This document shows, one piece after another, positions 36,832 to 64,000 of a stretch of DNA of 64,000 nt; the first letter of the stretch is position 1; each line of letters begins with the position of its first letter. Both the position numbers and the translations under genes were made by a program. This DNA is from Amoebidium appalachense (Eukaryota; Protista; Ichthyosporea). The notes beneath the pieces were generated by a model, which saw nothing but the letters and a program-made list of their open reading frames with translations, made no database searches and was not told the DNA's origin. The DNA lies in assembly GCA_963693365.1 (NCBI GenBank), contig CAVNZM010000002.1:6151943-6215942 (forward strand), in the 5' to 3' direction.

Positions 36832-38139
36832 GTGAGATGGAGCCACATGCTCAATTGCAAGCAGACCTAACTGCAGGAGTAAACGATATTTAGCACAGTG
36901 TAACTAAGTACATATTATGCCATGGCCATTGCAATACCCCCCTCCCCCCCCCCCCCCCCCCCCCCCCCCTCCCCCCCCTCCCCCCCTCCTCCCCCTCCCT
37001 CCTGGGGTTCCTCCTGAATCGAACTACCGTCCTCGAGCTGGGTACAGCTACTATTTGCCTATCTGTTCGCTACCTTCGAATTCTTTCCATTGGCACAGCT
37101 AGTCCTCATGATTATCGTTTTCGCGCACGCGATAATAACAGTGTTTGTATAAAAATGATCCATGTGCATGTAAAATGCATTGCATGACGGGGCCGGCCGT
37201 GGTGCGTAGCCGTTCAACTGTCAAATTTATAATTTTGTGGCCAACATTTCAAATATCAGTGATGTAGGTGAAAAGCATGCCTGCGCAGATAGCAGTGTAG
37301 ACTAGATGGATGGCCCGGGCTGCATCCATGCACGGCATCGCATACACAAGCACCAGAAACACCGGTACCCAAGTACTCGGAGTCCCTGCTCAGACGTCTC
37401 CCCCTAGCCCCCCCCCTCCCCCCCCCCCTCCCCCCCCCTCCCCCCCCCTCCCCCCCCCCCCTCCCCCCCCCCCCCCCCCCCCCCACACACACACACAGCG
37501 GCATGCCCCCAACAAAAAGAGGCATGTATGCCTAACTAACTAAGAAAAACACCAATGCGCTTAAATTACTACCCACTCACAGCCAAACCCCCCCCCCCCC
37601 CCCCTTCCTCAAGGCACACGTGCACAAACACATACTATTGGACAGACACGGCCCTTCTCTCCTACCGCGGCTTTCCTCGCCCCTCGGATCCAGCTAAGGG
37701 ATTCTTGATTTTGAAACGGGGAGGGGGGTAGTAGTAACTTGGGGGGGGGGGGGGGGGGGGGGGGAGGGGGGGGGCCTTTGGACAGGTGGGTCCCCCCCCC
37801 CCCCCCCCCCCCTCCCCCCCCCCCCACCCCCTCCGGCTAGCGGGGGAGGAGGGGGGGGGGGACCCGCCCACATGATAGATAGGCTGACATCATGTGAAAG
37901 TTTCAAATATATCAGATAACCTGATCACAAAATATAAATCGTACTCTTATCAGCAGCAGTTTACATACAACGCCCAAACGTAAACATTGACGCTAACTAA
38001 TAGGATTCCTTGATCACTTACAACTCAGCCATAACGTTCCATACAGTCATACTCCCCCTCCCCCCCCCCCCCCCCCCTACCCCCTCCCCTCTGCCCCCTC
38101 CCCCCCCCCCCCCCCGGGGGGGGGGGGCACGAACGGGTG

Positions 38140-38199
<60 letters not shown>

Positions 38200-38323
38200 A
38201 AGTGTGTGTGTGTGTGTGTTAAACTTTGTGTGTGTGTGTGTTTGTGTGTGTGTGTGGCACTGTATGTGCGTGTGTGTGCGTGTGTGTGTGCGTGTATGCG
38301 CGCATGCGCGCATGCGCGAGTGC

Positions 38324-38400
<77 letters not shown>

Positions 38401-38922
38401 TGTGACACTGTTTGTGTACATACAGTGTCATGCGTGTGTGTGTGTGTGTATGTGCGTGTGCGTGTACGGCCGCGCATGCGCGCGCGCGCGTGTGTGCATG
38501 TAAGGGTGCACGCGCCCGTGTGTTGTGGTGCATGTGTGTATGTGCACGTGAGTGTGTGTATAGGGGGGGGGGGGAGAGAGAGAAGTGTGTGTTGTGTGCG
38601 TATTGGGGGGGGGGGGGGGGGGGGGGAGGGGGGCGGGAAGAGGAGGGGGATATGCATCAGTGGCCAAAACGAATACCGTCTTTGGTGGGTGGAATTTTCG
38701 GAGACTTTTTAATACCATAATCACGCGCATGCAGCGGGGGAAGGGGGGAGGGAGGGGGAGGGGGGAGGGGGGAGGACCCACCACCCCACTCGGCCAGGTG
38801 GGTCCCTCTCCCCCCGGAGGGGGGTGGGGTAACCCACCCACCCATGCGGCCCTTAAAGGGGGGGGGGGGGGGGGGGGGGAGGGGGTGGAGGGTACCACCA
38901 GGGGGGACGTCGATATTTACCC

Positions 38923-38955
<33 letters not shown>

Positions 38956-39063
38956 CCATTCTCAAATTCAAAAATCCCTAACTACTGTAGTACCCACTCA
39001 AGGCCCGCAAGTTAACCCTCCCCTCCCCCCTCCCCCCAAAAAGTACCCCCGCCCCCCCCCCCC

Positions 39064-39097
<34 letters not shown>

Positions 39098-40348
39098 ACC
39101 CATCCCCCCTAATATTAGGTTCTTTGGGAATCCATTGTCCGGGCCCAAAAAAAAAAAGAAAAAAAAAAGTTTGGGGAATTCAAACCCTTTTTTCGGGAAT
39201 TTCGTTGCATAGATAGCGGACACGTCACACGTGTATGTAGAGTTTGTGGACCAAAGATTTGGCGCCAAATTTAAAGTGCTAAATCTGATTGGGCGGGCTG
39301 GGCAGTGGCGGTGGCACTCACGTCTCACAGGCTCCTCGCTGAGCCTGGCCCTTTTGCAATTAGGGCTGTAACTTGTAAGCCCAACCCTTTGTACAATAGA
39401 AAAAAATATCAAGTAGAAATTTTTATTATTATTCATGTTGTATATGTTTGTCTATTTTGCTTCCATCATCCATTCCTGCAGCTGCGCGCGGGGAGGATCT
39501 GAGTCGAGGTGACGTTATAACGTTGTTTGTACACATGTTATCAGTTACTTCGATTCTATTGGATCGTCAGGCGGCAATATGCCTCAGCACAACACTAATC
39601 AACACAAGGGATCTAGACGGAACCACGTTACCAAGAACGACAAAGTTTTCAACAAAATGTATTATTTTTTGTTCTACACCCCTGTATAAGTATAAAAGAC
39701 CTGGCATTGAAAAAGGTACATAATGCTGCTGCACCATTAAAGTGAAAGGAGCTATAAAATTAGCGGTAAAAGTACCCTTTCCATCGTGCACGAATCTCTG
39801 GGCATTTCAATTTAAAGTTTCAAAATATAAAAGGGGGCTCCGAATGGTTGTAAATCACACAAGACATCTACCGCGATTGTGCGACTATGCTGGGAGTGCG
39901 GACACAAGCATATAAAGCGCAGGCCCACACCAGTCTACACTCAGGTTGAACAGCTCCCGAGGACTCCGGACAACGGTAAGTTTATGCAAAGCTTTTCGTC
40001 GGCCACTCAGCACCGACCACATTGCCGTTGCTAAGCGATGGCACATTACTAGAGTCCTTGCTGCACTGAGGCCTGGTGGATGGAGTGCAGGAAGCACCTG
40101 CCTTAGAGGTAACATTGTCTTGGTTTTGATGATACCGATGCCTTCCCTCATGGATAATTTCCAGCATTATATATCACAGTCGTGCCCTCCCTGCAGGAAA
40201 TCTGTGGACACCACAACATGCTGCCTCAGATACCCTAGCCAACAACAGAGCTTGGAGAGACCAGCACCGAAATGACCGTGGGCGCTAAGGTGGGGTTTGC
40301 AGTGTGCTACCTAATTCTGCCCTCTCCCCCCCTTCTTCTCCCCTGTGA

Positions 40349-41010
40349 CGTAGCAAGGAGGGGGTGCCATTGAGTTACCTTTGGGTGCCTACCAACCCTT
40401 GCTACGGGACAGGCAAGACTCTAGTGTGTGCAGATCACTTAGGCTGCCCTGGTCCTCTGCATATGGCTGGGCACTCTCACATGGTTTGATCTCTCTTGCT
40501 ACATGCCCCGCCGTCCGTCGTGACTGATTATTCCCGGCGGGCCCATGGCAGCTGCGTGGCCCTCAATCCTGTGCGGGCACGTTAGTGTACTGCACATGTA
40601 GCTTTCATGAAAACAGCTAGGCCGGAGAAACTCGCCCCAGACTTGCCGTAGAACATAAGGTGGGGTTAGCCGTGTTCTCTTTGGTACCTCTGTTAACCCT
40701 TTCTCTTTCCCTGTAACATAGCAAGGAGGGTACCCTGTTACGCCCGTGTGGTACCTACCAACCCTTGCTACGGTGCAGGCAAGACTCTAGTGTGTGCAGA
40801 GCAAGCTCATGGTATGCCCTGCCCTCTGCACAAGGCTGGGTCCCTTTTTCGTTTATGTGCCCTTCTCCCCCTGTGTCGTAGCAAGGAGGGTACTGTCACA
40901 GGTACCCTGTTACGCCTGGGGTACCTACCAACCCTTGCCACGGTGCAGGCAAGACTCTAGTGTGTGCAGAGCAAGCTCATGGTATGATACTGGCCCTCTG
41001 CACATGGCTG
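40349..41010. repeat. Three spaced direct repeats (~150-bp core), each containing a hairpin
   Basis: tagcaaggagggg...cctaccaacccttgc(t/c)acgg..caggcaagactctagtgtgtgcaga at ~40351, ~40719 and ~40879. Confidence 0.8.
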
Positions 41011-41977
41011 GGCCCCTATAACTGTTATGGCCGTGCTAACCCCCATTCACCCACACAGGCACTAGCCCATGAGCTGGTCAACCATGCAGGTCGGGGCCTA
41101 AGAGCACCGTGCCCCGCTGGCCGAATGCCTGTGTGTGCCAGCACCTGACATGACGAAACAAGCCACGGCAGTGCCCCTAGCCTGGTAGGGTCCAGCCTTA
41201 AGGAACGGCATCCTGACCTGCGCGCACATTGGTTCGGCAGATGTGTTTACGGTGTCTTATTGTCTTCCGGGGCATGACCTGCTGGGCACCTAGCCCAGTA
41301 ATATCGTGCAGGCGTCCACCTTGTTGCCACCGCACGCCCGAAAGCTTCATCTGCAGACGGCACACACATGGATACGTCACAATATACTCGTGCTCACGTG
41401 ATAAACCTGCACCAGCTACGTATACTGCAGTAAACCTAGACTTGCTGAAGTAAAATTATTTGGCGACGTTCACACGAAGTGTACGTATGCATATATGCAC
41501 TATGGTATGGTACTCTGCATCTGCTGCAGTAGCAGCAATTGGATCTACACGCTTGTTCATAGGGTGTGCGTTATACTCTACGTCGACTCGTTATAACACG
41601 TATATTTGATGTCCATTACTCTGGCTTTATCATGTACATTACACAGCAATCAATTACACGTACTTGCATCGTCAATAATAGCATTTCACTGTGCCGTAAT
41701 AGAACAACATGTACCATCATGATGCAGTAGTAGAACTACATATACCAGTGTACTCGCTATTTGCTACACCATGCTACAGTAGCATTTCAGATAATGGTTC
41801 TCAACAAATAAAGCATGTCGTCGTTTGAGCAGTCAAGCAACCATAAGTGTTATATGGTGGCCTTGGTTCATACATGCAGATTGATCATTCAGTGTCCGTG
41901 CATTATGAATTATCAATAGCTGCTCAATCAGCATATCCACAAAATTTCATTACCAGAAGACACTAATAAGAATTCGA

Positions 41978-42008
<31 letters not shown>

Positions 42009-42051
42009 TTCTCCTTTCATTTACACATACGAACGTGCACACCCATGTCCC

Positions 42052-63651
<21,600 letters not shown>

Positions 63652-64000
63652 CTGCAGGTGTATGTCCACGTGCACCATGCTGCAAGTCACGTGCCATCAC
63701 CGTGTGAGCAAACCACACAGCAACCCCCCCCCCCCCCCCCCAAAAAAAAAAAAAAAAACCTCACCACACAACTACTGCATGTCCGCCCATTCCTGTTTGC
63801 CCCCCCCCCCCCCCTGCAACCTCATCCTCCTCCCGCCACAAGGGAATAGCTAAGACAGGGTGTAAACAAGAAACAGCCCCCCTGCCGGCGCTAGTCATAG
63901 GGAATCTTAAATAAAAACACCTCCTTCCCTTTTCGACTTTGGTCTACTTTCCCGGCTCAGTTCCCACCCCTGATTTACCCCCCTTCCCTCAAACTGAAGT

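Noticed and set aside
37720-39400. G/C-rich inverted motifs (ggacccacc/ggtgggtcc) as a DNA transposon
   Set aside because: Probably repeat debris, but I could not define TIRs or a TSD.
39450-40275. ORFs of 60-110 aa as a transposase or viral gene
   Set aside because: No recognisable motif in any listed frame.
40349-41010. Spaced repeats as a CRISPR-like array
   Set aside because: Only three long, irregularly spaced, diverged units in a eukaryotic context.

Overview
Eukaryotic, very intron-rich DNA. The introns are saturated with (CA)n/(GT)n microsatellites and poly-C/poly-G runs, so almost all entries in the ORF track (poly-HT, poly-CV, poly-P/G) are artefacts. Four spliced genes can be assembled by hand: a rhodanese (minus, 996-5104); an EEF1AKMT4/ECE2-like methyltransferase (plus, 6605-11256); a 2x transmembrane / 2x class III adenylyl cyclase with an N-terminal cyclic-nucleotide-binding domain (minus, ~12874-31292); and a Drosha RNase III with an unusual C-terminal RGG/GY tail (minus, 42052 to at least ~61340, possibly beyond the window). 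The gene content suggests a unicellular holozoan such as an ichthyosporean (inference). The most striking signal is a non-coding mobile element that inserts at poly-C tracts, has a 453-bp monomer in partial tandems, and is 5'-truncated. It carries a ~160-nt minus-strand RNA fold that is conserved by compensatory substitutions between two diverged families (19573-19734 and 49060-49212). The fold contains all three hammerhead core strands (GUU, GAAA, CUGAGGA), but in a scrambled, doubly pseudoknotted order that matches none of hammerhead types I-III. All assignments are by eye; no searches or folding programs were run.
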